Of a stretch of DNA of 64,000 nucleotides, positions 10,442 to 20,735 are shown piece after piece. The DNA comes from an uncultured Chloroflexia bacterium (GTDB taxonomy: Bacteria; Chloroflexota; Limnocylindria; Limnocylindrales; CSP1-4). The notes beneath the pieces are model-generated. The model ran no database searches and was not told the DNA's origin. It worked only from the letters and a program-made list of their open reading frames with translations. A program made the translations under genes and the position numbers. Location of the stretch: the NCBI GenBank assembly GCA_963731865.1, contig CAVSXG010000001.1, forward strand, positions 56,032-120,031, in the 5' to 3' direction. Position 1 is the stretch's first letter. Every line of letters starts with the position of its first letter.

Positions 10442-10706
10442 GGACGTCGCAATTCGTGACCTGAAAGCGCGGCTATCGGAACATCTCGAGCGGGTGTCGG
10501 GTGGTGAGACCATCACGGTCACGAGTCGCGGGCGGCGCGTCGCCCAGATCGTCCCGGTCGTCGGGCGCGCCAACTTGGAGCGTGGTCTCGCCGAGGGTTG
10601 GATCACGCGCAAGGTAGATCGAACGCCCGAGCGGGTCGTGCGTCAACGACCGCGAGCCGGCACGCCGACCACCACCGAGCTGATCTCCCGGGATCGGGAC
10701 ACATGA
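10440..10706 (+). CDS. Phd/YefM family antitoxin (TA3)
   Basis: VAIRDLKARLSEHLERV..GETITVTSRGRRVAQIVP. Confidence 0.88.
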   Translation: MDVAIRDLKARLSEHLERVSGGETITVTSRGRRVAQIVPVVGRANLERGLAEGWITRKVDRTPERVVRQRPRAGTPTTTELISRDRDT

Positions 10707-11107
10707 CCGTCTATCTGGACAGCAGCGCGTTCATCAAGCGGTACGTCGCCGAGGACGGGAGCGACACGCTCGACGCCCTGGTGTCGAACGATCCGGAATG
10801 GGTCACGGCTGGCCACACCCTCGTTGAGGTCGTCCTGGCCCTGCATCGGCGCCTCGGCGACGTCGAATGGATCGTCGCGAGAGACGCGTTCGAGCGGGAC
10901 TGGGAGCGGTCCTACGTCGTCTCGCTTGACGACAAGGCCTGCCGGCGAGCGGCCGAATTCGGCGTGGCGACAGGCGCACGGTCGCTCGATGCGCTGCATC
11001 TGGCCGCCGCGGATCGCGTAGGCGGGAGGTCCATCCCGATCGTTACCTTCGACATCCGCCTCGGCGTGGCCGCCCGCGCCCTCGGTTTCAGCGTGATCGG
11101 CGCGTGA
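10703..11107 (+). CDS. vapC: VapC PIN-domain toxin (TA3)
   Basis: VYLDSSAFIKRY, TLVEV, RSLDALHLAAA, VTFD. Confidence 0.9.
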   Translation: MTVYLDSSAFIKRYVAEDGSDTLDALVSNDPEWVTAGHTLVEVVLALHRRLGDVEWIVARDAFERDWERSYVVSLDDKACRRAAEFGVATGARSLDALHLAAADRVGGRSIPIVTFDIRLGVAARALGFSVIGA

Positions 11108-11125
11108 CGTTCGACGCTGGCACGC

Positions 11126-12238
11126 CTACGGAATGGGCGTCGGGGTTGGGAGCGGTGTTGCAAATGGCGTGGGCGTTGGCTGGGGCGTTGGCGTAGGGAG
11201 TGGCGTACCCGTCGGCGTGGGTGTTGGCAACGGCGTTGGTGTCGGGGTCGGGATCGCCGTTGGGTCGCTTGGAATGGTCCATTTGATGGCGTGGCCGTTC
11301 ACGCCCAGACCCGCGACCTCACCTCGATCGTTGATGGCTGATGGGGTTCGGAATATCGCCCCCAGGTCCGTCATCACGCCGTCCTCCCAGAGGAACCCGT
11401 GCTGTCCCTGCGTGCTCGAACCGATGATCTGGCCACGGTCGTTGATGTCGGATGCCCAGCTGACGGAACCGTCGAGCGTTCCGAGGTCGGTCATGACACC
11501 AGCGTCCCAGAGGAACGCATGCCTCTGGCCCGTGGCGGTCGTGCCGTCCCCGACCACCTGGCCGAGCCCGTTGATCGCACTGGCCAGCATGTAGGAGCCG
11601 CCAAGCGTCCCAAGGTCGGTCATCGCGCCGTTCTTCCAAAGGAAGGCGTGCATTTCTTCGGTGGCGGTGGTCGCGAAGCCAACGACCTGTCCGCCGTCGT
11701 TGATCGCGTAGGCCTGGCTGTACCCGCCTCCAAGCGTACCGAGGTCGGTCATGACGCCGTCTTCCCAGATGAAAGCCACGAACGGTCCCACCGGCGGTGT
11801 CGCTGCCGCCAACGACCTGGCCACGGTTGTTGATGCCGGAGGCGATGCTGAATTCCCCGCCGAGCGTCCCGAGATCGGTCATGGAGCCGTCCTCCCAGAG
11901 GACCGCGTGATTGATGCCCCCAACCGTGTACCAGTAGGGACCGCCTACGATCTGGCCGTGGTCATTGATGTCGCGGGCCTGGCCGGACGTGGTGCCAGGG
12001 GCCGTCCCAAGGTCGGTCATCGTGCCCTTCTGCCACAGGAACGCGTGAACCTCGCCCGCGCCGGTGTAGCTGTATCCCACGACATCGCCCGTGGCATTGA
12101 TCGCTTGCCCGTGACTCAGAATTCCGCCCGAGGCGTGCCAAGGTCGGTGACTGCCGTCGATTGGGCAGCGACGACGGGCTGTGGCAGGGACCCAGCCAGA
12201 AGGGCGAACGTCGCCAGCAAGGTGATCCAGCGAAACAT
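11126..12238 (-). CDS. Secreted HAF-repeat protein with a Pro/Thr-rich tail; several frameshifts
   Basis: AGGAG RBS, signal peptide MFRWITLLATFALLAG, repeated HAFLW..G.MTDLGTLGG..S.A..IN..GQVVG, C-terminal (PT)n. Confidence 0.85.
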
Positions 12239-12308
12239 GGCGGGTCTCCTGTAAGTGGGGAGCGAATCGACGGTCTTTCACCACTGAGACGGCGACCTCG
12301 CGAAGGTG

Positions 12309-13088
12309 TTACGGCTCATGAGGAAGCTGGGAGCCGAGGGCTTGGACCTCCCCGGCGACCCGAGCGAGAAATGCCTGCGCGGCGTGGCGAGTGGCCTCGT
12401 CACGGAAGCCGACTCGACCCCCGGTGCGTCGACAGGTCAATGCCGAGTCGATCAACTCGGCCCACTCGGGGAATCGAGTGCTCGCCCAGACCGCCGCCTC
12501 CGCCTTCGAGGGCATGGTGCCAGTAGCCAGGGTTGTGAGCGTCCGACACACGGTCAGGACCGTGTAGGCGAGCGCCCCGCCCTGCGCATGTCTGGCACGA
12601 TCGGCATGCTCTCCGACGGCCTCAATGATTGCAGCGACGAACTCGGATCGATCGATTGATGGGAGAACCTCAACCACAGGCGGTCCAAACAACGCCCTGG
12701 ATCCCTGGCCGGCGAGGTACCACGTCTGGAGCCAGTCGGCTGGGTCGTGGCGCAGGTGGAACGGATCGCCGGGGCTGACGACCGCGAAGACGCCCGAACC
12801 CTCCCGGAAGCTCGCAAGGGTCTCCTGGCCCACGTAGACGACGTCGAGTCGGTTGGCCCACTCCGGATGCTTGCCGACGAACTCGCGGTGCATCCCATCG
12901 AGCGGTTCGAAGTCATCCACCCGAACCTCGCGAGCGAGGACAGCAAGCAGATCGATGTCGCTGGCGTCGGGTTCGAAGTCGCCTGTCACGATTGAGCCGT
13001 AGAGGTACAGACCGAGGAGATCCGCGCCCAGCGTTCCCCGGATCGCGGATGCAAGCTCGTCGACGATGCCACTGGGCATGAAGTCCAC
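12309..13088 (-). CDS. AadA-like nucleotidyltransferase (NTase domain plus DUF4111)
   Basis: GLYLYGSIVTGDFEPDASDIDLL; C-terminal LTVCRTL..L.TG...SKAEAAVWA. Confidence 0.8.
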   Translation of the reverse strand: MDFMPSGIVDELASAIRGTLGADLLGLYLYGSIVTGDFEPDASDIDLLAVLAREVRVDDFEPLDGMHREFVGKHPEWANRLDVVYVGQETLASFREGSGVFAVVSPGDPFHLRHDPADWLQTWYLAGQGSRALFGPPVVEVLPSIDRSEFVAAIIEAVGEHADRARHAQGGALAYTVLTVCRTLTTLATGTMPSKAEAAVWASTRFPEWAELIDSALTCRRTGGRVGFRDEATRHAAQAFLARVAGEVQALGSQLPHEP

Positions 13089-13144
13089 GCGCTACGGGCC
13101 GAGCCGCTCCATCGGGATCGGATCGAACAGCTGCCCCGGGTACG

Positions 13145-15832
13145 TCACGCGCGTATTCTGGCTCGCGCCTTGAGCCGCGGGATCGCTTCACGCACGAGGA
13201 ACTCGAGCACGCCCTCGGTGGTCATTGACGATCCCAGGCGTACCTGTTCCGCGTATTCCTCCTTCTGCAGGTCCGCGCGAATGGCTTCGATGACGCTTCC
13301 GAGACCCAGCCAGGCATCGACGTCGAGCGGCGGCTGAACGCCGTACCGGCGACCATGCGCCTCGTACGCGGCCTCGATGGTGACGGCTTCTGCGGGCATC
13401 CCGGCCACAGAAAACAGCGCGGCACAGGCCTCCAGGCTCAGGGTGACCGATGCGACATCGCCCATCGAACTGGAGGCGAGCAATCCGCGAATGCCCAGGT
13501 CGACCGCACCATCGAGATCGCCCTTCGCGAACGCGATCCCGCCCAGGGCGGTCGCCGCCAAGGCGATGTAGTACTCATCGCCCGACGCAACGGACCTCGG
13601 CAACGTGTCGCGTGCGATTTGCTCGGCCTCCGCAAGCTCGCCCTGGGCCATGTGGGCGTATCCGCCCGACCAGTTGAGGCGCGTCAGCGAGTCGCTCGTC
13701 CCCAACCTTCCGAGCGAGCATTTCGGCCTCGGCCTGAAGATTGGCGCACCTCCGCCGGGTCCGGCGTCACGGACGAACCGCGTGTGCGACCAGGTTGAAC
13801 AGCGCCTCGGCCAGCCCTTGCTCGTCGCCGAGCTGGCGCGCGAGGTCAACCTGCGCTTGGTACAGCCGGTCGGCTCCCGGGACGTCGCCGCCCCACCACG
13901 CGAGCCCGCCTGCGGCGTCCAGCCCGCGCATCCGCCAGGTGGTCGGACCGTCGGCGCCGGGCATCGCGAGGACCTGGGCCGCTCGTTCGCGTCCCTCGGC
14001 GACGTGGCCGCGGAACTGCCAGAACCGCCAGAGCGGCGGCGAGCAGCCGGTGGGCGATCTCTGCCTCGCCGGTCTCGATCGCCCAGGCCATGGCGCCGCG
14101 CAGGTTGTCGTGGTCCACGCTCAGGCGGTCGAGCCACGGGAACCTGGTCCCGGCCGGGCATGTACGTCGCGGCTTCCTCGGCGAGGGCCAGGTAGGCGGT
14201 GGCGTGGCGGCGCTGGATGGCCTCGCGCTCCCCGCTCTCGGCCAGCCGCGTCGGCGCCGAACAGCGGCGGATCGTCTCAAGGAGCCGGAACCGCGGCAGG
14301 TCCGGTCCGGCCATCGGCTGGACGAGGCTGTGGTCGGCAAGCGTCGTCAGGCCTTCGATCACCTCGATGCCGAGCTCGTCGGCCGGCCCGCCGACCGCCT
14401 CGGCCTCCTCCAGCCGGAAGCCGCCGGCGAAGACCGAGAGGCGAGCGAGCAGCCGCTGTGACGGCGCATCGAGCAGGTCGTAGCTCCACGCGATCGCCCG
14501 CTCGAGCGTCTGCTGGCGCGCGGGCAGGTCCCTCGACTTGCCGCCGGGGACATCCAGCTGCTGGCTCAGCCGACTCGCGAGCGCCCGAGGCGGGAGCAGC
14601 CCGATCCGCGACGCCGCGAGCTCGATCCCGAGGGGCAGGCCATCGAGCCGCTGGCAGATCTCGGCGACGGCCGCGGCGTCCTCGATCGGACAGCGTGAAC
14701 CCGGGCGAACGCGGCCGGCTCGTTCGACGAAGAGGCGGACCGATTCGCTCGCGAGCGCGTCGTCCGACCGGTCGTCCGGTGCCGGGCACGCCGAGCGGCG
14801 CGACGGGATATTCCTGCTCGACCGAGAGGCGGAGCGGGGCGCGGCTCGTGACCAGCACGTGCAGCCGGGGCGCCGCCTGGAGCAGCTCGCATGATCCCGC
14901 GGCGCCGCATCGATGACGTGCTCGAAGTTGTCGAGCACGAGGAGCATCTCGCGATCGGCCAGGTAGCGAGCGAGGCGGTCGGACGGCGTCGAGCCCGGCG
15001 ATTCCACCAGCGCGAAGCTCGACGCGATCGCCGCCGGGACCAGCTCGGGATCGCTGATCGCGTCGAGCGGCACGAGCCACGCGCCGTGCTCGAACTGGCC
15101 GGCCGCTCGGCGCGCGAGCTCGATCGCCAGCCGCGTCTTGCCCGTGCCGCCGGGGCCGGTCAGCGTGACCAGCCGCTTCTCGCGCACGAGCGAGCCAAGC
15201 TCGACGAGCTCGGACACGCGCCCGATGAAGCTCGTGAGGTGGTCCGGGAGGTTGCCGATGGGTCGATCGATCGGGCGCAACGGCGGGAACTCGGAGCGCA
15301 CGCCATCGATGACGAGCTGGTGGAGGCGCTCGGGTCGGGCCAGGTCCTTGAGCTCGAACTCGCCGAGCGGCCGCATCGAGACGCCGGCCGGCAGCGCCCC
15401 TTCGACGAGCGCGCGCGTGGCGTCCGAGATCAGGACCTGGCCGCCATGCGCCAGCGCCGCGATCCGGGCGGCGCGATTGACGTCGACGCTGACGTAGTCG
15501 TCGCCGCCCAGCGTGCCGATCCCGGTGTGGAGCCCCATCCGGACCCGGACCGGCGCGTCGGCCGCCCAGGTCGCCTCGGCGAGCGCAACCTGGGCCTCCG
15601 CGGCGGCCGACGCAGCCGCCGGCGCCTCCGGGAACATCACCAGGAACGAGTCACCCTGCGTCCCGCGCTCGACGCCGCCGTGGCCCGAGAACGCCTCGCG
15701 GAGGATCGCGTTGTGCTGTTCGAGGACCTGCGTGAAGACCGCCGGCCCGAGATCCTGGACGAGCCGCGTCGAGCCCTCCATGTCCGAGAACAGGAAGGTC
15801 ACGGTTCCGGTGGGCAGGTTGCGACCGGTCAT
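13145..15832 (-). CDS. Class III cyclase - STAND/NB-ARC ATPase - TPR protein; several compensating frameshifts
   Basis: LPTGTVTFLFSDMEGST, VNRAARI, GNLP..LTSFIGR, Walker A GPGGTGKT, LLVLDNFEH, LDGLPLGIELAA. Confidence 0.9.
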   Translation of the reverse strand: MTGRNLPTGTVTFLFSDMEGSTRLVQDLGPAVFTQVLEQHNAILREAFSGHGGVERGTQGDSFLVMFPEAPAAASAAAEAQVALAEATWAADAPVRVRMGLHTGIGTLGGDDYVSVDVNRAARIAALAHGGQVLISDATRALVEGALPAGVSMRPLGEFELKDLARPERLHQLVIDGVRSEFPPLRPIDRPIGNLPDHLTSFIGRVSELVELGSLVREKRLVTLTGPGGTGKTRLAIELARRAAGQFEHGAWLVPLDAISDPELVPAAIASSFALVESPGSTPSDRLARYLADREMLLVLDNFEHVIDAAPRDHASCSRRRPGCTCWSRAAPRSASRSSRNIPSRRSACPAPDDRSDDALASESVRLFVERAGRVRPGSRCPIEDAAAVAEICQRLDGLPLGIELAASRIGLLPPRALASRLSQQLDVPGGKSRDLPARQQTLERAIAWSYDLLDAPSQRLLARLSVFAGGFRLEEAEAVGGPADELGIEVIEGLTTLADHSLVQPMAGPDLPRFRLLETIRRCSAPTRLAESGEREAIQRRHATAYLALAEEAATYMPGRDQVPVARPPERGPRQPARRHGLGDRDRRGRDRPPAARRRSGGSGSSAATSPRDANERPRSSRCPAPTVRPPGGCAGWTPQAGSRGGAATSREPTGCTKRRLTSRASSATSKGWPRRCSTWSHTRFVRDAGPGGGAPIFRPRPKCSLGRLGTSDSLTRLNWSGGYAHMAQGELAEAEQIARDTLPRSVASGDEYYIALAATALGGIAFAKGDLDGAVDLGIRGLLASSSMGDVASVTLSLEACAALFSVAGMPAEAVTIEAAYEAHGRRYGVQPPLDVDAWLGLGSVIEAIRADLQKEEYAEQVRLGSSMTTEGVLEFLVREAIPRLKARARIRA

Positions 15833-15876
15833 GGCCACGCAGCATAAAGCGCCAGGAACCGTGCCCGCCAGCGAAG

Positions 15877-16293
15877 CTAGCGATCGCCGGCCACGGCGAA
15901 CCCCATCGAACGCGCCGCCGTTCCGAGCGTGCTGTCATGGGTGGCGAACAGCAGGCCATCGAAGCGCTCGCGCATCGCCAGCGCCGTCGCCAGATGAACG
16001 GCGTCGAGCGTACCAAGGAGCGTTGGGAATGGCTCCGCCGCTCGTTCGAGGACGGACGCGTCGAGCGGGACGATGTCGATGGCGTCGAGCGCTTCCAGCA
16101 CATCGGCGCGGTGTTGTGCGACCGCCTCGTCGCCGAGATGAAGCTGGATCCGGGCACGGTCGATCGTGCGCAGACACTCGATGCGGATGAGCTCGCTGGA
16201 GACTGCCGCCTCGATGGTGGTCCAGGCTTCGAGTCGGTCCGGCTCGCCCAGGATGACCCTGAGCAGGACCGAGGAGTCCAGGTAGGCGTTCAC
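15877..16293 (-). CDS. vapC: VapC PIN-domain toxin (TA4)
   Basis: AYLDSSVLLR, GTLDAVHLATA, FATHD. Confidence 0.9.
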   Translation of the reverse strand: MNAYLDSSVLLRVILGEPDRLEAWTTIEAAVSSELIRIECLRTIDRARIQLHLGDEAVAQHRADVLEALDAIDIVPLDASVLERAAEPFPTLLGTLDAVHLATALAMRERFDGLLFATHDSTLGTAARSMGFAVAGDR

Positions 16294-16544
16294 CGTCCCT
16301 GGCGTTCCTCCAACAGGAGTTCGGTCGACGGGCGTGCCCAGTTGGCGGCCGGGTACGTTCGTGCGCGAAGCGTCGCGAACGGCCGAGTGGCGACCCGGAC
16401 CGGCAGCGTACGCTCGCCGCTGGGTGCGGTGAGGCGACCAATGGGTCGTCCGCGATCTGTCACTTCGACCTCATACCCGGCTTCGACCTCGCGGAGATAC
16501 CGGGACAGTTGGTTCTTCAGTTCGGCAACGCCGACGCGCTTCAT
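16290..16544 (-). CDS. Phd/YefM family antitoxin (TA4)
   Basis: MKRVGVAELKNQLSRYLREV..G..VEVTDRGRPIGRL. Confidence 0.9.
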   Translation of the reverse strand: MKRVGVAELKNQLSRYLREVEAGYEVEVTDRGRPIGRLTAPSGERTLPVRVATRPFATLRARTYPAANWARPSTELLLEERQGR

Positions 16545-16579
16545 GGCCATAGATAGCCATAACTAGCCATGTTCGTCAA
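16543..16579 (-). promoter_or_regulatory. Probable TA4 operator repeats
   Basis: GCCAT three times at 10-bp spacing (16546, 16556, 16566); TTGACG -35 at 16574-16579 on the minus strand; no clean -10. Confidence 0.55.
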
Positions 16580-16583
16580 GCCT

Positions 16584-16980
16584 TCAGGGGTCCTGCGTGG
16601 CGATCCCGTAGCGACGCTGGCCTCGGTCGAAGGTGGCGAGCGGGAGCGCATCGGCAGCCACCGTGGAGGCTACGATCATGGCGTCCGGTATGGGCCGGCC
16701 GGGTCATGCCACGGGCGCGAACGAGGTGTTCGACGAGGATCTCCGTGCGCATCCCGAGCACCGTGACGTTCTCGCGCTGGACGAAGCCGATCAGGCTGTC
16801 CAGGACGTCGGATTGCGAGACGCCGTATTGCGTCCGCAGGACGTGGGCACACTCGGCGAGTGCGACCAGGGAGATGCCCAGTTCGGCCTCGCCATCGACC
16901 AGGCGAGCGGCCCGACGAGCCTGCGCCTCCGGCGTGCCGACGAGGTATCGGACAAGCACAGAGGTGTCGACTCCGATCAC
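16584..16980 (-). CDS. vapC: PIN-domain toxin (TA5), frameshift near 16705
   Basis: IGVDTSVLVRYL, LAECAHVL; after the shift IPDAMIVA...LATFD, stop at 16584. Confidence 0.85.
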
Positions 16981-17234
16981 GCGCCGCGATCCGGGTCCGG
17001 CGTGGACCAGGCGGCGTCGCGCAGTGCCGACCAGGCTTCGTCTACGGGCTCGCGGGTGGCCTTGGTTCGCAGGCTTCCCGCGAGCGATCGCCGATGCCGA
17101 CCCGGGATGACCTCGATCACGATCCGGCCGTCCTCCACCCGCTGGACCGCCTCGTCGCCCGCGTAGATGGCCAGCTCCTCACGGATCGCCTTTTCGATCG
17201 TGATCTGGCCCCGATCACCTACCCGACTGCTCAT
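16977..17234 (-). CDS. AbrB/MazE/SpoVT family antitoxin (TA5)
   Basis: SRVGDRGQITIEKAIREELAIYAGD. Confidence 0.88.
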   Translation of the reverse strand: MSSRVGDRGQITIEKAIREELAIYAGDEAVQRVEDGRIVIEVIPGRHRRSLAGSLRTKATREPVDEAWSALRDAAWSTPDPDRGA

Positions 17235-17270
17235 GATCTGAAGTGTAGGTTCGATTCATATCTCGGTCAA
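17235..17270 (-). promoter_or_regulatory. Leaderless sigma70 promoter of TA5
   Basis: TTGACC-N17-TACACT-N7-ATG on the minus strand. Confidence 0.75.
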
Positions 17271-17334
17271 GCAATATGTATCCGTCGACCATGGCGCATC
17301 CGGACCGGCACTCCGTGCTTCGAGCGCCCTCAGA

Positions 17335-18387
17335 ATGTGTCCCGTGACCGAGACGCATCGTTCGCGTGTCATCTCGAGCGAGTCGGCCGGGCAGCCACGC
17401 CATCCGCTCGACCGGCGCACGTTCGATGCGGCGACCCTGATGCGCGAGCATCCGCCGCGCTGGACGCACCCGAACAAGCGCGCGGTCTTCGAGGTTGCCG
17501 CTCCGCCGGGTTCGGTTCACCAGGGCACGATCGGCTATTCGCGATGGGCGGCTGAGCCGCTGCCGGACCGGATGCTCCCCGGCAGGGACCTGGTCACGGC
17601 CAAAGCCGGCTATCTCGACTACGAGCCCGTCCTGGACGGCACGGACGCCGTCGAATGGCACGGTGAACTTCGCCGACCCGGAGCTGTTCGGCGCATACGC
17701 GGGAGCGCTGTTCGCGCAGGACGAGTCGCAGGTCGTCGAACATCCAGCGCTCGGCGCGCTCAAGGAGGCGCTGGCGTCGATCGGGATCCGGCCGCTGACC
17801 GCCGACTCGACTGGCCCGAAGCCCGTCCTCGTCACGGGCGTGGAGCGGCGAGTGAGTGTTTCGATCGATCCCGATCCCGCAGCTGGTCGACCACGTGGCC
17901 TCTACGGAAACGCGTTCGCGGCCGCTCCGCCCGATGCGGTCAAGCGAGCGACGCGCCGGATCGAGCCGCCGACCGTGACGAACCTGATCGCGATCGCGGC
18001 GCCCTATCCCGGTCGCGGCGCCTACGACGCGCGAACGATCGAGAACGTCCTCGTGACCGCCTATACGGGCTTTTCAGCCGCGGTCCGCGAGTCCGAACGC
18101 ATCGTCGGCGCGCATACCCGCGTCGCCATCCACACCGGCTACTGGGGATGTGGCGCCTTTTGGCGGCAACCGAACCCTGATGGCCCTGTTGCAGATCCTC
18201 GCGGCAGGCACAGCCGGGGTCGATCGGCTCGTGTTCCACACGGGTCAGCCCGGCGGCGAAGCACCACTCGACCGAAGCCATAGAGGTCGAGACCGAAATG
18301 CTCGCAGGCCACGAGGTCGAGACCAAGGCCCTCATCGGTGCGATTGCCGCGAGACCATTCTTGTGGGGCCTTAGCAACGAAACCTGA
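17335..18387 (+). CDS. PARG-like (poly(ADP-ribose) glycohydrolase catalytic macrodomain) protein; frameshifts near 17660, 18160 and 18270
   Basis: Rejoined frames give WH.NFADPELFGAYAGALFAQDESQVVEHP and IHTGYWGCGAFGGN, resembling canonical PARG motifs (DFAN..GGG..QEE; TGNWGCGAFGG). Confidence 0.68.
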
Positions 18388-18579
18388 GCGCCCTGGGTCA
18401 GCCGCGACACGCGTGGCTCGCGACAACGCTGAGCCGGTTGTAGACCGGTCATCGACACGCTGGCACGGAACCTGCTGAGGTCGGTGCTCCGGGGAAACGA
18501 GTTGCGCAATCTGGATGTTCCCAGCGGCCGCGGTTAGATTGAGGCAAGCGTACGTCTCCCCTGCATCGATATTGGGCAC

Positions 18580-19906
18580 ATGAAGCTGTTTGAGCTCTAC
18601 CGATACAGCAAACCAAGCCCGGGACCCGACGTGGAGTTTGTAGAGGGTTACCCGAACATCTTTCACGCGACTCGGTGGCCCGCTTGGCCTGGATTAGCCG
18701 GTGCTGGACGAGTGCAGCTCGATCACGGCATCGACTCCGTCACCAAGATCAGAGCGCTAGATGGTGCTCGTCGCCCTGCCATCCTCATTGCGTCGAAACC
18801 CCATCGAGCCGGATCGGACTGGACGCCATGGCATGACGAGCTGAACCCGGAAGTAGGGCACGTCCGCTACTACGGAGACAATAAGGCGACCCTGGGACCC
18901 ACACCGATGGATCCGCCGGGCAACAAGGCCGTCATGGCGGAGTTTCCACTTCACAGATCGACCACCCGCTCCGAACGACTTCGAGCCGCTCCGCTCCTAT
19001 TCTTCGAAAGCCTGGTCCACGAGGGTCGGGCCAAAGGCTTCTGGCGATTCATCGGCTTCGGCGTCGTGGAACGAGCCCAACTGACGACGCAGATTGACGC
19101 GAAGGATCGATGGTTCGTCAACTACGTATTCGAATGTGCGCTCTTCGACCTTTCGGCCGAAGGCCTGCAGTCTGCCGTGGGCATGGATCGCCGCACGAAG
19201 GGACTCGACCAAGACGCTCGAGGAATGCTTTGATCTGGCACCAGCGTCGTGGCAGGAGTGGGTCATCAACGGCGAGCGTGCAATCGAGCGAGTACGCCAG
19301 CGCGTCACCAGATTCAAGTCCCTAAGTCAGGGGAGCCAAAGGCCGGATGCCGGTACCGCAGCGGACCACGCGCTCCAGTCAGTCGTCGCCCACTACAAGC
19401 GACTAGGGCCCTACGCGGGCGTCGGTGAGCATCGATTCGAGGGCTTGGCGTCAGAGGTCGTTGGCAGCTATCTGCGCGAGAGCGGCCAATACAGGCCCGG
19501 CTGGATCACAAGACGCGCAGGTGATGGCGGCATTGACTTCGTCAGTCGCCTCGACTTAGGTGTCGGAGTAGGCGCGTTAAAGCTTGTCGTCCTCGGGCAA
19601 GCGAAATGTGTGTCACCGTCGGCGCCGCCAACGAGCGGCTTGGACCTGGCGCGAACGGTTTCGCGGCTGGATCGCGGTTGGGTCGGTGCTTTCGTTACCA
19701 CCGGGTTCTTCAGTGAGCAAGCTCAACGAGAGGTGGTGGCGGATAGGTTCCCGCTCATGATGCTTAGCGGCCGCCATGTCGGAGAGGCAGTAGTGAAGGA
19801 AGCCGCGCTCCGGGGCCAATCAGTCCTCAACTACATCCACGGAGTCGACACAGACTATGACAACAGGCTTAGCAGCCGGTTGCCGATGGAGGTCCTGGGC
19901 GACTGA
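18580..19906 (+). CDS. MspJI-like modification-dependent (5mC) restriction endonuclease: SRA-like domain plus Mrr-type PD-(D/E)XK nuclease; frameshift near 19175
   Basis: PWHDELNPEVGHVRYYGDNK, GWITRRAGDGGIDF, VVLGQAKC, RGWVGAFVTTG closely parallel my recollection of MspJI; sequence is visibly less GC-rich than the flanks. Confidence 0.85.
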
Positions 19907-19945
19907 CGTCATGATCACGCAACAGACCGAAGGTATTGTCTCGGC

Positions 19946-20359
19946 ATGACCGACACGAAGCCGACCACCCCTGCCACCAAGACCGACGCCGACTGGCGTG
20001 CCGAGCTGACCCCCGAGCAGTACCGCGTCCTTCGCGAGAAGGGCACCGAGCGTGCCTTCAGCGGCGAGCTGTGGGACGAGCACCGGCCCGGCGTCTACCG
20101 CTGTGCCGGCTGCGGCACCGAGCTCTTCCGATCCGAGACGAAGTTCGAGTCCGGCACCGGCTGGCCGAGCTTCTTCGCCCCGGCCGATCCCGCGGCGGTC
20201 GCGACCGAGACGGACAAGTCCTGGTTCATGACCCGGACCGAGGCGCTGTGCGCCACCTGCGGCGGGCACCTGGGCCACGTCTTCGACGACGGCCCCAACC
20301 CGACCGGTCTCCGCTACTGCATCAACTCGGCGGCGCTCAAGCTCGACCCGAAGGAGTAG
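19946..20359 (+). CDS. msrB: Peptide-methionine (R)-S-oxide reductase
   Basis: [39 protein letters not shown]. Confidence 0.97.
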   Translation: MTDTKPTTPATKTDADWRAELTPEQYRVLREKGTERAFSGELWDEHRPGVYRCAGCGTELFRSETKFESGTGWPSFFAPADPAAVATETDKSWFMTRTEALCATCGGHLGHVFDDGPNPTGLRYCINSAALKLDPKE

Positions 20360-20480
20360 CGGACGTCGGACAGGTGAGAGGAGATCGAGTATCGACGGCT
20401 GCTGGACAACGGTCGCGTAAGGCCTGGTGCAGGCTGTGGACAGATGATTGCCACCTCGCCGATCGGGCGGCGAGGTGTGT

Positions 20481-20735
20481 GTGCCCACGGTCCATCGATT
20501 CGGTCCATACCGGTTCTACTTCTACTCGCAGGAGAACCTCGCGAGTTTCGAGGCTGCGCATATCCACGTCGCCTCGAGCGACGGTCGCGCCGTGTTCTGG
20601 CTGGAGCCGGTCAGTCTCCGGACCAACTGGGGGTACACTCCGCGCGAAATCGAGCGCCTCCGCCGGATCGTGGTGGCGAACCGTGAGCTGCTCCTGAGGT
20701 CTTGGAATGAGTACTTCAACCACCCACCCGGATAG
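20481..20735 (+). CDS. DUF4160 protein (putative toxin, TA6)
   Basis: PTVHRFGPYRFYFYSQE...HIHV..A.FWLEPV; GAGGTG RBS. Confidence 0.85.
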   Translation: MPTVHRFGPYRFYFYSQENLASFEAAHIHVASSDGRAVFWLEPVSLRTNWGYTPREIERLRRIVVANRELLLRSWNEYFNHPPG

